Assembly: GCA_018240425.1 (NCBI GenBank)
Contig: JAFEFU010000029.1
Span: 9,460-73,459 of the forward strand
Length of the DNA stretch: 64,000 nt
From: Pseudomonadota bacterium
GTDB lineage: Bacteria; Pseudomonadota; Alphaproteobacteria; Rhodobacterales; Rhodobacteraceae
Direction of reading: 5' to 3'
The position numbers were made by a program, and so were the translations under genes. Within the stretch, counting starts at the first letter, position 1; the number at the start of each line of letters is the position of its first letter. The notes beneath the pieces are model-generated. The model searched no databases. It was not told the origin of the DNA and saw only the letters and a program-made list of their open reading frames with translations. Positions 8,782 to 19,797 of the stretch are shown piece after piece.

Positions 8782-9369
8782 TTAGGCCTTGCGGCAAGGG
8801 TCAATGCGCCGCGCTGGAATCTCCGCAAGTTCCAGCCTGCCCTCGCGGTAACGTCCCCGGATCAGAAGGTCCGACCCCTCGACCTCGGGGTAGTCGGCAC
8901 TCCAGTCGCGGTAGCGGTCGTTGGTCACGATCTGTGCGCCAAGCCCACGCGCGGACCGCAGGATGAATGCATCGGCTGGCGTGCCCTTCGGGACGACAAG
9001 GACGCGGTCCTGGGGCAGATGGAGCCATCGCGCCAGCCGGTGCTCGCCTAAGTATCGCCCTTCAAGCTTGTAGCCCGCATTCGCGTCAAAGACGACCCCG
9101 GGGCTGAACCCGCGCGTGGTCAGCTCCCGGAGGACTTCCATCACCGGTTCTATCCGGGCGGTACCGTCCAGCCAGTGCATGACGTTCGACCCATCGACGA
9201 CAATCCAGCGGGGGTCCGGTCGCCGCCGGAAGATCGGCCAGCCCCAGGCAAGAAAACTGACAGCCGCAAAGGCCAGCGCCGGCAGGATCAGCAGCCGGAA
9301 ATCTGGAAACATCAGCGCGACCATGGCCTGGACAAGCGCGGTCATGAACAGCAAACGGGCAAGACTCAT
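8782..9369 (-). CDS. membrane-anchored Zc3h12a-like NYN/PIN-type ribonuclease domain protein
   Basis: Two N-terminal hydrophobic helices are followed by IVVDGSNVMH, GVVFDAN, VLVVPKGTPADAFILRSA and QIVTNDRYRD. These align motif-for-motif with the MCPIP1/Zc3h12a nuclease core (VVIDGSNVAM..., DDRFIVKLA, VVSNDTYRD). Confidence 0.75.
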   Translation of the reverse strand: MSLARLLFMTALVQAMVALMFPDFRLLILPALAFAAVSFLAWGWPIFRRRPDPRWIVVDGSNVMHWLDGTARIEPVMEVLRELTTRGFSPGVVFDANAGYKLEGRYLGEHRLARWLHLPQDRVLVVPKGTPADAFILRSARGLGAQIVTNDRYRDWSADYPEVEGSDLLIRGRYREGRLELAEIPARRIDPCRKA

Positions 9370-9509
9370 GGCGCGAACTTGGCAGCGGCCTCAGATTCCC
9401 GCAAGTATCCTGCGTCCGAGCTGGAGCGGCACCGGTCCTTGCCCGACCTTGCGCAGCGATCAGGCAGCGACGCCCCGCTCCCGCCCGGTTCGCGACCCGG
9501 TGTGGTTGC

Positions 9510-10457
9510 TCAGCCCGCCGCCACCCCCAACCTCTCCGGCGGAAACCCCACCGCGGCAAAGGCCGCCAGCACCCGCACCTCCAGCCCAGGCGCGCACAGG
9601 TCGAGGCAGCGGTCGCGGAAATACCAGGCCAGCATCGCGTCATGGTCGCGCGGCAGGCTCAGCGCACGCGCCAGCGCCGGGGCGAAGTCGGCCTCAGCCA
9701 CACAGGTCTCGACCAGCCCGGCGAAATCCGACCGGCCGAACAGGATCGCCGGCTTGCGGTGCAGGAACCCCTCGAGCGCCACCGCCGAATTGACCGAGAC
9801 ATTGACCGCCGATCCGGCCAGGAGGTCATGGACATTGGCGTCGGTCGCCTCGATCGCCAGCCCCTCGGCCTGTGCGGCCAGAATCTGGCGGATACCCAGT
9901 TCCGGGCTGAGCGGATGGGCCTTGACCAGAACCCGCCTGCCACCAGCGCCAGCGGCCACCGCGCGCAGCACCCCGACGGTCGGCAGATGCTGCTGGCCCC
10001 GCCAATGCGCCATCCGCCCCTGCAGGAAGACGGCGATGGCGCCTTCGGGAATCGCGGTCGGCTGCGCCTTCTGGCGATAGCGCGAGTGGCGCGGGCGGGA
10101 ATAGCGGTCCCGCAGCGCCTCGGCAAAGGCCCCCGCATCCACGACGGCCAGGGGATCGAACGTCTGGCGGCGCAGCGAGCTGTCCGCCAGCACGCCCTCG
10201 GGATCGAGGTGCCAGAAATCCGGCAGATAGGCGACCGCGGCGTTCAGCCATCCCGGCCCCCGGCACCAGCCGCTTTCGACGACATGAAGGTCGCCGTCGC
10301 CCGCCATCTCGGCCCCCGACATCATCCCCTCATGGCGCTCGTCCACAAGCACGGTTCCGCCGCGCCGCCGGATCATTCCGGCGATCCGGCCATGCAGGGC
10401 CAGATGGCCCCGCGCCTCGAAATCGGCGTGGAACTTCGCGGGGATGTGCAGGATCAC
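9510..10457 (-). CDS. hypothetical protein, capsule-biosynthesis (KpsS/KpsC Capsule_synth)-like
   Basis: The C-terminal half (IAVFLQG...VLVKAHP...NVHDLL..SAVNVSVNSAVALEGFLHRKPAILFGRSDF) resembles the Capsule_synth glycosyltransferase-like family. The start is uncertain: I chose the GTG at 10457 to avoid overlapping cmk, whereas the track ORF extends to 10568. Confidence 0.5.
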   Translation of the reverse strand: MILHIPAKFHADFEARGHLALHGRIAGMIRRRGGTVLVDERHEGMMSGAEMAGDGDLHVVESGWCRGPGWLNAAVAYLPDFWHLDPEGVLADSSLRRQTFDPLAVVDAGAFAEALRDRYSRPRHSRYRQKAQPTAIPEGAIAVFLQGRMAHWRGQQHLPTVGVLRAVAAGAGGRRVLVKAHPLSPELGIRQILAAQAEGLAIEATDANVHDLLAGSAVNVSVNSAVALEGFLHRKPAILFGRSDFAGLVETCVAEADFAPALARALSLPRDHDAMLAWYFRDRCLDLCAPGLEVRVLAAFAAVGFPPERLGVAAG

Positions 10458-10494
10458 CCGCGCCGGCACGGCCCGCGCTCCGCCCTGCGCCGGG

Positions 10495-11112
10495 TCAACG
10501 GCCGGCCTCCGCGCCGGGCAGGCGGGCAGCGACCAGCGCGCAGGCCCGCGCCACCGCCTCGTCCGCATCGAGATCGGACGTGTCCAGCACCACCGCGTCC
10601 TCCGCCGGGCGCAGGGGGGCGTCGGCCCGCCCCATGTCGCGCCGGTCGCGCTCCTCGACCTCGGCCAGCACCTCGGGATAGGGCCTCGGTCCGGCCTCGC
10701 CCCCCAGTTCCAGCCAGCGCCGGCGCGCCCTGACCTCGGCGCTCGCGGTCACGAAAAGCTTCACCTCGGCCTCGGGGCAGATCACCGTGCCGATGTCGCG
10801 CCCGTCGAGCACCGCACCGCCCTCGGCCCGCGCGAACCGCCGCTGATAATCGACCAGCGCGGCCCTGACCTCGGGGATCGCCGCCACCCGGCTTGCCGCC
10901 TGCCCGGCCTCGAGCGTCCTCAGCCCTTCCGCCGCGAGATCGGCCTCGGACAGCCCCCGCGCCGCCGTAACCGGATCGCCACCCTTCGCCCCCACCGCCC
11001 GGTAGAGAAGGCCGGTGTCGAGGTGCGCAAGGCCGAACCGCGCGGCGACCGCGCGCGAAATGGTTCCCTTGCCCGCCGCCGCCGGCCCGTCGATGGCAAC
11101 CGTGAAGATCAT
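10495..11112 (-). CDS. cmk: cytidylate kinase
   Basis: [33 protein letters not shown] has the Cmk P-loop and signature. The start was moved to the ATG at 11112. Confidence 0.93.
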   Translation of the reverse strand: MIFTVAIDGPAAAGKGTISRAVAARFGLAHLDTGLLYRAVGAKGGDPVTAARGLSEADLAAEGLRTLEAGQAASRVAAIPEVRAALVDYQRRFARAEGGAVLDGRDIGTVICPEAEVKLFVTASAEVRARRRWLELGGEAGPRPYPEVLAEVEERDRRDMGRADAPLRPAEDAVVLDTSDLDADEAVARACALVAARLPGAEAGR

Positions 11113-11213
11113 TCCTGCCCCCTTGCCCGCGGCAGGCCATCCCCCCGCCCGCTGGAAAGCTGCCACCGCGGCAAAAGGAAAGTCAAATCCATCCCATGCG
11201 CCCGGCGATCGCC

Positions 11214-12569
11214 TCAGGGGCGCGGCTCGTCGCGCCCGACCTGCGCGCCCAGACCCCGCATCAGATCCTCGAACACCGGAAACGAGGTGGCGATGGGCGA
11301 GCCGTCGTCCACCGACACCGGCTTCTTCGCCGCCAGCCCCAGGACGAGGAACGACATGGCGATCCGGTGGTCGATGTGGGTGCGCGCCGTCGCCCCGCCC
11401 GGCACGCCACCCGCGCCCATGCCGTGGACGATCAGCGTATCCTCGTCCTCCTCGACCCTGACCCCGCAGGCCTCGAGCCCCCGCGCCATCGCGTCGATCC
11501 GGTCGCTTTCCTTGACGCGCAGTTCCTTCACCCCGCGCATCACCGTCGCCCCCTCGGCGCAGGCCGCCACCACTGACAGGACCGGAAACTCGTCGATCAT
11601 GCTGGCGGCGCGTTCCTTTGGCACCCTGATGCCTTTCAGGCTCGAGAACCGCACCCGCAGGTCGGCGACCGGCTCGCCGCCCTCTTCACGCGGGTTCAGG
11701 AACTCGATGTCGGCGCCCATTTCGACCAGGGTCGTGTAGAGACCGTTGCGCGTCGGGTTCTGGCTGACCCCCGGCACCAGCACGTCGGACCCTTCGACGA
11801 TCAGCGCCGCGCAGACCGGGAACGCCGCCGAGGACGGATCGCGCGGCACCGCCACCACCTGCGGCCTGAGTTCCGGCCGCCCGGTCAGGGTGATGACGCG
11901 CCCTTCGCGCCCGTCCTCGACCGCCACCTCGGCGCCAAACCCCCGCAGCATCCGCTCGGAATGGTCGCGCGTCGGCTCCTTCTCGATCACCACCGTCTGG
12001 CCCGGCGCGTTCAGTCCGGCCAAGAGCACCGCCGACTTCACCTGCGCCGAGGGCATCGGCACCGCATAGCGCACCGGCACCGGATCGGCGGCGCCCACCA
12101 GGGTCATCGGCAGCCGCCCGCCCTGCCGCCCATAGGCCCGCGCCCCGAACAGCGCCAGCGGATCGGTCACCCGCCCCATCGGCCGCTTGCGCAAGGAGGC
12201 GTCGCCGGTGAAGGTCGCGGTGATCGGCGAGGTTGCCATGCAGCCCATGATCAGCCGCACCCCGGTGCCCGAGTTGCCGCAGTCGATCACCTCGGCCGGC
12301 TCGGCGAACCCGCCGACGCCGACGCCCCTCACCGACCAGCGGCCCGCGCCGTGGCGCACGACTTCGGCGCCAAAGGCGCGCATCGCCGCCGCCGTGTCCA
12401 GGACGTCCTGCCCTTCGAGCAGCCCCGTCACCTTCGTTTCGCCCACCGCCAATGCGCCGAGGATCAGCGCCCGGTGCGAGATCGACTTGTCGCCCGGCAC
12501 CTCGGCCCGGCCCTTCAGCGGCCCCGATCGGCGCGCGGTCATCGGAATGGGTTCACCGTGGCCGGACAT
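11214..12569 (-). CDS. aroA: 3-phosphoshikimate 1-carboxyvinyltransferase (EPSP synthase)
   Basis: [24 protein letters not shown]-like [10 protein letters not shown] and DHRIAMSF motifs. The start is at the ATG at 12569 (alternative 12542). Confidence 0.95.
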   Translation of the reverse strand: MSGHGEPIPMTARRSGPLKGRAEVPGDKSISHRALILGALAVGETKVTGLLEGQDVLDTAAAMRAFGAEVVRHGAGRWSVRGVGVGGFAEPAEVIDCGNSGTGVRLIMGCMATSPITATFTGDASLRKRPMGRVTDPLALFGARAYGRQGGRLPMTLVGAADPVPVRYAVPMPSAQVKSAVLLAGLNAPGQTVVIEKEPTRDHSERMLRGFGAEVAVEDGREGRVITLTGRPELRPQVVAVPRDPSSAAFPVCAALIVEGSDVLVPGVSQNPTRNGLYTTLVEMGADIEFLNPREEGGEPVADLRVRFSSLKGIRVPKERAASMIDEFPVLSVVAACAEGATVMRGVKELRVKESDRIDAMARGLEACGVRVEEDEDTLIVHGMGAGGVPGGATARTHIDHRIAMSFLVLGLAAKKPVSVDDGSPIATSFPVFEDLMRGLGAQVGRDEPRP

Positions 12570-12677
12570 CTGGCAACTCCCTTGACATGGCCCCGCCTGA
12601 TAGCGCACCGGAAAAGGCCGGTCCATGCCATGCTCCGTTCATTGTGGGAAAAATATCCCCCGCGGAGCGTCCCGCCC

Positions 12678-13370
12678 TCAGAGCCTGCGGAAGGTCAGGT
12701 AATGCGGCACCCGCCCCTCGCGCAGCGCCTTCTGCTCGTAGCGGGTCGAGATCCAGTCACCCCACGGCTGGCCGCCCTGCGTGACCAGCGCGAACCCCGC
12801 CTTCGGCACCTCCTCGAGCGTCTGGCGCACATAATCGGGAATGTCGGTCGCCACCCGGAACTCCGCCCCCGGCGCCAACACGCGGCACAGCCCCGCCAGA
12901 TAGTCCGGCGTCACGAAGCGGCGGCGGTGATGGCGGGCCTTCGGCCAGGGATCGGGATAGTTGAGGAAGGCCCTGGCAAAGGCCGCGTCCGGGGCCACGT
13001 CGAAGAGGTCGCGGACATCGCCGGGATGCAGCCGCAGGTTCTCCACCCCGGCCGCCCGGATCTTGCCCAGCAGCATGGCGATGCCGTTGACGAACGGCTC
13101 GCAGCCGACGATGCCCACCTCCGGGTAGCGCGCCGCCATGTGCACCATGTGCTCGCCGCCGCCGAACCCCACCTCCAGCCACAAGGGCCGGCCGCCAAAA
13201 AGGGCCGCCAGATCGACCGGCGCCCGGCGCGGATTCTCCTCGCGGGTGATGCCCTTCAGGCTCAGCCGCCCCAGATCCTCGGCCAGATAGGCCTTCTGGC
13301 TGGCGCGCAGCGTCTTGCCATGCACCCGTCCATAGAAGTTCCGCCGCTCCTGAACCTGATCGTTCGTCAT
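12678..13370 (-). CDS. trmB: tRNA (guanine-N7)-methyltransferase
   Basis: FYGRVHGK..., EVGFGGGEHMVHMA and FLNYPDPWPKARHHRRRF motifs. The start was moved to the ATG at 13370 (MTNDQV). Confidence 0.9.
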   Translation of the reverse strand: MTNDQVQERRNFYGRVHGKTLRASQKAYLAEDLGRLSLKGITREENPRRAPVDLAALFGGRPLWLEVGFGGGEHMVHMAARYPEVGIVGCEPFVNGIAMLLGKIRAAGVENLRLHPGDVRDLFDVAPDAAFARAFLNYPDPWPKARHHRRRFVTPDYLAGLCRVLAPGAEFRVATDIPDYVRQTLEEVPKAGFALVTQGGQPWGDWISTRYEQKALREGRVPHYLTFRRL

Positions 13371-13462
13371 ACTCTCACCGCACGCCCTTCGGCCCGCCCA
13401 TTTTCCGTCCACAAGTATCCCGGTGGGGTCCGGGGAGGCAGCGCCTCCCCGGTCTTTGCCGC

Positions 13463-13927
13463 CTACCCCCGCCCGCGATAGGGCGCCACCCCCTGGTCGG
13501 GGATCCACACGCCCTCGGGCGGCGCGCCGGTCTGCCAGAAGACATCGATCGGAATCCCGCCCCTCGGATACCAGTAGGCGCCGATCCTCAGCCACACCGG
13601 ATCCAGCAAGGCGACCAGCCGCTTGGCGATGTCGATCGAACAATCCTCGTGAAAGGCCCCGTGGTTGCGGAAGGAATGCAGGTAAAGCTTCAGGCTCTTG
13701 CTTTCCACCAGCCAGTCCCTCGGCACATAGTCGATGACGATATGGGCGAAATCCGGCTGCCCGGTCATCGGACAGATCGAGGTGAACTCGGGCGCGGTGA
13801 AACGCACGACATAAAGCATGCCGGCATGGCCCGCCGGCACCCGCTCCAGCACCGCCGCCTCCGGGCTGGCCGGGGCCTCGGTCGCCCGTCCCAGCTGGGT
13901 CAGGCCCGATATGTCGGTCTTGGTCAT
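13463..13927 (-). CDS. queF: NADPH-dependent 7-cyano-7-deazaguanine reductase
   Basis: [27 protein letters not shown]....[20 protein letters not shown] is the QueF type I signature. The start is at the ATG at 13927. Confidence 0.92.
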   Translation of the reverse strand: MTKTDISGLTQLGRATEAPASPEAAVLERVPAGHAGMLYVVRFTAPEFTSICPMTGQPDFAHIVIDYVPRDWLVESKSLKLYLHSFRNHGAFHEDCSIDIAKRLVALLDPVWLRIGAYWYPRGGIPIDVFWQTGAPPEGVWIPDQGVAPYRGRG

Positions 13928-13991
13928 GGTGCCCCCACGGGTCATCGAAGGATCGCCCATCCTAGTGCGAAGCCCGGACGGGCGAAAGGCG

Positions 13992-14438
13992 TCATCCGCG
14001 CTGAATAAGCGCAAGGCCCAGCGTCATGGCGGCGATGCCCAGCCCGCGCGACAGGTCGATTGGCCGCTGGACGGCGCCGAACAGGCCGAACTGGTCGATG
14101 ACCGAGGCCGCGACCATCTGGCCCAGCAGCACGCAGAAGATGGCGTTGCCCACCCCGAAGCGCGGCGCCACCCAGGTGACCGACAGCACATAGAAGGCGA
14201 CGAACAGCCCACCCAGGAACAGGTACCAGGGCTGGCCGGCCAGCCGCGTCATGGTGCCCCCCTGGCCCGAGATCAGAAGCGCCGCAGCGGTGGCCGCCAG
14301 GGCCACCAGGAACAGGACGACGCCCGCCGCCACCGGGGCGCCCGAGCGGGCGCCAAGCTGGCTGTTCAGCACCGCGAGGATCGGAATCCCGATCCCGGCC
14401 AGCAGCATCTGGACGGCATCCCGCAGGGTCGACGACAT
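13992..14438 (-). CDS. DMT-superfamily (DUF606/YdcZ-like) membrane protein
   Basis: 148-aa polytopic hydrophobic ORF. The pattern LNSQLG...P..A....F.VG and the C-terminal [11 protein letters not shown] resemble DUF606. Confidence 0.7.
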   Translation of the reverse strand: MSSTLRDAVQMLLAGIGIPILAVLNSQLGARSGAPVAAGVVLFLVALAATAAALLISGQGGTMTRLAGQPWYLFLGGLFVAFYVLSVTWVAPRFGVGNAIFCVLLGQMVAASVIDQFGLFGAVQRPIDLSRGLGIAAMTLGLALIQRG

Positions 14439-14493
14439 CGCTTCCTCCCTTGCCCGCTTCGACAGGCCCCACCGTCAGGGCGGCGGGGTCGCC

Positions 14494-15660
<1,167 letters not shown>

Positions 15661-15663
15661 GAA

Positions 15664-15713
15664 AGTGCTCCATTGGGGTTACCCCGCCACGCCAGGAAGC
15701 CGTTGTGGCGGTT
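15664..15713 (-). promoter_or_regulatory. SAM/SAH-class riboswitch in the metK leader
   Basis: The minus-strand RNA reads CCGCCACAACGGCUUCCUGGCGUGGCGGGGUAACCCCAAUGGAGCACUUUCAUG. P1 is CCGCCAC/GUGGCGG. The loop GCUUC can pair with the downstream GGAGC, which contains the SD, to form an H-type pseudoknot. The position and the CACAACGGCUUCCUG..GUGG...UGGAGCA pattern match my recollection of the Rhodobacterales metK SAM/SAH motif. Confidence 0.7.
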
Positions 15714-15746
15714 CTGCGCCGTCGGTACAGCGCAATCAGGCCGCGG

Positions 15747-17237
15747 TCAATCGGTGCGGCGGCGGCGCAGACCCACCGCCAGCAGACCCAGCGCCAGCAG
15801 CACCGCCACCGGCCAGTCGCCCCAGCGCGCGTAAAGGGTCGGCGGCAGCGCGGCGGGAACATCCAGGTCGATCCAGCCCTCGCGGTTCAGGCCGATCTGC
15901 CCCAGCACCCGGCCCTTGGCGTCGAACCCGGCGGTGATCCCGGTGTTGGCGGCGCGCAAGAGCGGCAGCCCCTGTTCGATCGCCCTCAGCCGCGCCTGTG
16001 CAAGATGCTGCCAGGGACCGGCGAGATTGCCGAACCAGCTGTCGTTCGTCACCTGCAAGATCCAGTCGGCCCGCACAGGCACCCGCAGGTCCTGGGGAAA
16101 GACCGCCTCGTAGCAGATCAGCGGAAGCACCTTCCCCGCCCGCCCCAGATCGAGGATCGCCGGTCCCGGCCCGGCGCTGTAGCCATTGCCGGCCTGCGCG
16201 GCAAAGGCCTTGACCCCGAAGGCCATCGCCAGGTCGCCCAAGGGAACATATTCCCCGAACGGCACCAGATGATGCTTGTCATAGACGGCGGCCAGCTGTC
16301 CCGCCGCATCGGTCACCGCCAGCGAGTTGAAATAGCGCGTCCCCTCCGCCCGCTGGATGCCAAGCGCAAGGGGCACGCCGCCCGCCGCCGCCGTCGCATC
16401 GGCCAGAAGCTGGCCGGAATCGCCCAGAAGGTAGGGCACGGAGGTCTCGGGCCAGACGATCAGGTTCAGCGGCCGGTCCTGCGGCGCGGCCGTGGCGCGC
16501 ATCATCCGGTCGATGAACTCGTCCCACATGCCCGGCAGCCATTTCAGCGCCTGGGTGGCGTTGGGCTGCACCAGCCGCACCCGGATCGGCGGATCGCGCG
16601 GTGCCTCGGTCTGCGCCAGCCGCCAGGCTCCGGCGGCCCAGACCGCCGCGACCAGACCCGCCGCCGCCAGCGCCGTTGCCGGTCGCGCGCGCCGCGCCAA
16701 TGCCAGCCCCAGCGCCGCCAGCACCGTCAGCACCGACAGCCCCACCGGCCCGGTGAACGCCGCCGCCTGCGCCACCGGGGTGCCGATCCAGACATGGCCG
16801 AGAAGCGCCCAGGGAAAGCCGGTCAGCACATAGCCGCGCAAGAGGTCGGTTGCCGCCAGCCCCAGCGCGAATCCCGCCGCCCGCCCGGCAGGCGACCGGC
16901 CGAGGCCCGCGATCCCCGCCGCCAGAAGCCAGAACAGAGCCATCCCCCCGGCCATGAAGACCAGCGCGAAAGGCGCCATCCAGCCGTCGCGCGGCGCATC
17001 GACCATGAAGGGTTCGACGATCCAGAACAGGCTTGCGGCGAAATAGCCCGCCCCCGCCGTCCAGCCCTGCCAGAGCCGCCCGCGCGGATCGCGCGCCTGC
17101 GCCACCCGGCGGATCAAGAGCGCCAGCGCCGCCAGCGTCATCCACCAGTATCCCAATGGCGCCTGGCCGGCGGCGGCCAGTGCGCCAAGGCCGGCGGGCA
17201 CCAGGCCCGACCGTCCGGCGGCGGCCAGTCGCCGCAT
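15747..17237 (-). CDS. lnt: apolipoprotein N-acyltransferase
   Basis: Multi-TM N-terminal half plus a C-terminal nitrilase-like domain (VVWPETS, YDKHHLVPFGEYVP, ICYE, TNDSWFG). The start was moved to the ATG at 17237, which overlaps the corC stop by 1 nt. Confidence 0.92.
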   Translation of the reverse strand: MRRLAAAGRSGLVPAGLGALAAAGQAPLGYWWMTLAALALLIRRVAQARDPRGRLWQGWTAGAGYFAASLFWIVEPFMVDAPRDGWMAPFALVFMAGGMALFWLLAAGIAGLGRSPAGRAAGFALGLAATDLLRGYVLTGFPWALLGHVWIGTPVAQAAAFTGPVGLSVLTVLAALGLALARRARPATALAAAGLVAAVWAAGAWRLAQTEAPRDPPIRVRLVQPNATQALKWLPGMWDEFIDRMMRATAAPQDRPLNLIVWPETSVPYLLGDSGQLLADATAAAGGVPLALGIQRAEGTRYFNSLAVTDAAGQLAAVYDKHHLVPFGEYVPLGDLAMAFGVKAFAAQAGNGYSAGPGPAILDLGRAGKVLPLICYEAVFPQDLRVPVRADWILQVTNDSWFGNLAGPWQHLAQARLRAIEQGLPLLRAANTGITAGFDAKGRVLGQIGLNREGWIDLDVPAALPPTLYARWGDWPVAVLLALGLLAVGLRRRRTD

Positions 17238-18121
17238 CACGCCGCGGGCTGCGGCAGGCGCACCCGCAGCCGCTTGATCCGGCGCGGGTCGGCGTCGACG
17301 ATCTCGAACTCGGCGCCGCTGTCGTGGCGGATCACCTCGCCCCGTGCCGGGACCCGGCCGGTCAGCATGAACACCAGCCCGCCCAGCGTGTCGACTTCCT
17401 CGTCTTCCTCGGGCGCGGCCAGCTTCAGGCCGATCTCGGCCTCGAAGTCCGTCAGGGGTGCGCGGGCCTGGGCCAGATACTGCCCAGGCTTCTCCTGCAC
17501 CCACAGGCGATCCTCGGCCTCGTCATGCTCGTCGGCGATCTCGCCGATCACCTGTTCGATCAGGTCCTCGATCGTCACCAGCCCGTCGACCCCGCCATAT
17601 TCGTCGATGACCAACGCCATGTGGATATGTTCGTTCTGCATCTTTTGCAGCAGCACCCCGATCGGCATCGAGGGCGGGGCATAGAGAAGCGGGCGCAACA
17701 GCTTGCGCAGGCTGAAGCGCGGCTTGGTCTCGGCAAAGGCGTGCTGAAGCGCCAGATCCTTCAGGTGGACAAGCCCCAGGGGGCTGTCGAGCGTGCCCTT
17801 GAACACCGGCAGCCGCGAAAAGCCGCTGTCGCGGAAGGTGGCGACCAGATCGTCCATCTTGATCGTCACCGGGACCGCGATGATCTCGACCCGCGGAATC
17901 GCCACGTCGTCGACGCGCATCCGCCGCAGGTTGCCCATGCCCGGCAGGCCGGCCGCGCCGGGGGCCTCGGCGGGAACCGGGGCGTCCTCGCCGCCCTCCG
18001 CCCCTGCCGCTGGGGAAAAGGCGCTGAAAAGCCTGCCCAATATCCCGCGCTGCTGGCTGCTACTGTCCGACGACTCCGACATGTCCGTGTCGGTCGTGGC
18101 ATCATCCGACTTTTCACCCAT
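17237..18121 (-). CDS. corC: CorC/TlyC-family CBS-domain transporter-associated protein
   Basis: CBS pair (MRVDDVAIPRVEI..., SRLPVF) and a CorC_HlyC C-terminal domain (DTLGGLVF...GRVPARGEV). Confidence 0.9.
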   Translation of the reverse strand: MGEKSDDATTDTDMSESSDSSSQQRGILGRLFSAFSPAAGAEGGEDAPVPAEAPGAAGLPGMGNLRRMRVDDVAIPRVEIIAVPVTIKMDDLVATFRDSGFSRLPVFKGTLDSPLGLVHLKDLALQHAFAETKPRFSLRKLLRPLLYAPPSMPIGVLLQKMQNEHIHMALVIDEYGGVDGLVTIEDLIEQVIGEIADEHDEAEDRLWVQEKPGQYLAQARAPLTDFEAEIGLKLAAPEEDEEVDTLGGLVFMLTGRVPARGEVIRHDSGAEFEIVDADPRRIKRLRVRLPQPAA

Positions 18122-18159
18122 TGGGTCCGCCTGTCACCTTCCTGCCGTCAAGCTGTCCG

Positions 18160-18678
18160 TCATTCATAGGGATTCGCAAGACCCATACCGGCCAGGATCC
18201 GGATCTCCAGCCCCTCCATCAGCGCCGCGTCGCCGTCGCGCACATGGTCGTAGCCCAGAAGGTGAAGGGTGCCGTGCACCAGAAGATGCGTCACATGGTC
18301 GCCCAGCGCCTTGCCCTGTTCGTCCGCCTCGCGCTCGCAGGTCTCCCAGGCGATGGCGATGTCACCCAGTTCCTCGGGCATCCCCTCCGGCCCGGCGCGC
18401 GGGTGCGCCGGCTGGCCGCCATCGTCTGCGGCGGCGCGCTCGGCCGAGGGCCATGACAAGACGTTGGTCGGCTGCGGCTTGCCGCGGAAATCCTCGTTCA
18501 GGTCGGCAATCCGGCGGTCGTCGCAGCCCAGAAGGCTGATCTCGAATCCGTCCGCCGGCACACCCGCCCCGGCCAGCGCCGCCCGCGCGGCGGCTTCGGC
18601 CAGTGCCTCGAGGTCCAGCGCCTGCCAGCGCGGGTCTTCGATCAATGTGTCAACCAGCGGCTCCATCGTCGCGGTCAT
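18160..18678 (-). CDS. ybeY: rRNA maturation RNase YbeY
   Basis: HLLVHGTLHLLGYDH zinc motif. The start is provisional (ATG at 18678 or 18666). The track start at 18702 would overlap phoH by 53 nt. Confidence 0.9.
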   Translation of the reverse strand: MTATMEPLVDTLIEDPRWQALDLEALAEAAARAALAGAGVPADGFEISLLGCDDRRIADLNEDFRGKPQPTNVLSWPSAERAAADDGGQPAHPRAGPEGMPEELGDIAIAWETCEREADEQGKALGDHVTHLLVHGTLHLLGYDHVRDGDAALMEGLEIRILAGMGLANPYE

Positions 18679-19675
18679 AGGCTTCGATGATGCGCGCGAC
18701 AAGAGGATGGCGCACCACGTCCTTGGCGGTGAAGTAGTTGAAGCTGATCCCCTTCACCCCGTCGAGGATGCGCTCGGCGTCGATCAGCCCTGACGTGCTG
18801 CCGCGCGGCAGGTCGACCTGACTGCGGTCGCCGGTGACGACCATGCGGCTGCCCTCGCCCAGGCGGGTCAGGAACATCTTCATCTGCATGGTCGTGGCGT
18901 TCTGCGCCTCGTCGAGGACGACAAAGGCATTCGACAGTGTCCGCCCGCGCATGAAGGCAAGGGGCGCGATCTCGATCCGCTTTTCGGCGATCAGTTTCTC
19001 GACCTGCTTGGCCGGCAGGAAATCGTTCAGCGCGTCATACAGCGGCTGCATGTAGGGATCGACCTTCTCCTTCATGTCGCCGGGAAGGAACCCCAGCCGC
19101 TCGCCGGCCTCGACCGCCGGGCGCGACAGCACGATCCGGTCGACATGGCCGCCGATCAGCATGGTCACGCCGACCGCGACCGCCAGATAGGTCTTGCCGG
19201 TGCCCGCCGGGCCGATGCCGAAGGCCATCTCGTTCTGGAACAGGTTCTTCACATAGGCCTTCTGCGCCTCGGTCCGGGGCTCCACCTGCTTTTTCCGGGT
19301 GCGGATCTCGATCCGCCCTGCCGCGAACATCTCCAACTGCTCGTCCAGGCTGACCGGCGCGGGGGCGCCCGCGTCGCCCATCATCCGTATCGCGCCGTCG
19401 ATCTCGCCCGCGTCGATCTGCCGCCCGGTTTCCAGACGCCCGTAAAGCTGCTGGAGCACCGCCGCCGCCTGCCCGCGCGACGCCGCCGGCCCGACCAGCG
19501 CCAGATGATTGCCCCGCCTGAGGATGTGGATGCCCAACTGATGTTCGATCTGCGCCAGGTTGCGGTCGAACTCGCCGCACAGGTCTATCAGCAGACGATT
19601 GTCGGGAAATTCCAGAAGAGTCTCGTGATGATCTTCGGGATGCGGCGGCGGGGTCAAGGCGCTGATGCCCAACAA
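18650..19675 (-). CDS. phoH: PhoH-family ATPase
   Basis: Walker A GPAGTGKTYLAV and VLDEAQN motifs. I propose a TTG start at 19675 or 19672, preceded by GGAGAG. The 487-aa track ORF adds an Arg/Pro-rich N-terminus that overlaps the next gene. Confidence 0.88.
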   Translation of the reverse strand: MLGISALTPPPHPEDHHETLLEFPDNRLLIDLCGEFDRNLAQIEHQLGIHILRRGNHLALVGPAASRGQAAAVLQQLYGRLETGRQIDAGEIDGAIRMMGDAGAPAPVSLDEQLEMFAAGRIEIRTRKKQVEPRTEAQKAYVKNLFQNEMAFGIGPAGTGKTYLAVAVGVTMLIGGHVDRIVLSRPAVEAGERLGFLPGDMKEKVDPYMQPLYDALNDFLPAKQVEKLIAEKRIEIAPLAFMRGRTLSNAFVVLDEAQNATTMQMKMFLTRLGEGSRMVVTGDRSQVDLPRGSTSGLIDAERILDGVKGISFNYFTAKDVVRHPLVARIIEAYDRDDGAAG

Positions 19676-19797
19676 ACTCTCCTGTGCAGAGGTCCTGGGG
19701 CCGATGGTGCCCGTGCTGGCCCCCCAAAGCAAGGGCCGAGTTCCCGCCGCCCGAAAACGTGCGCCCCGCTGCCGCCGCAGGGCCACAATCGCCGGTT

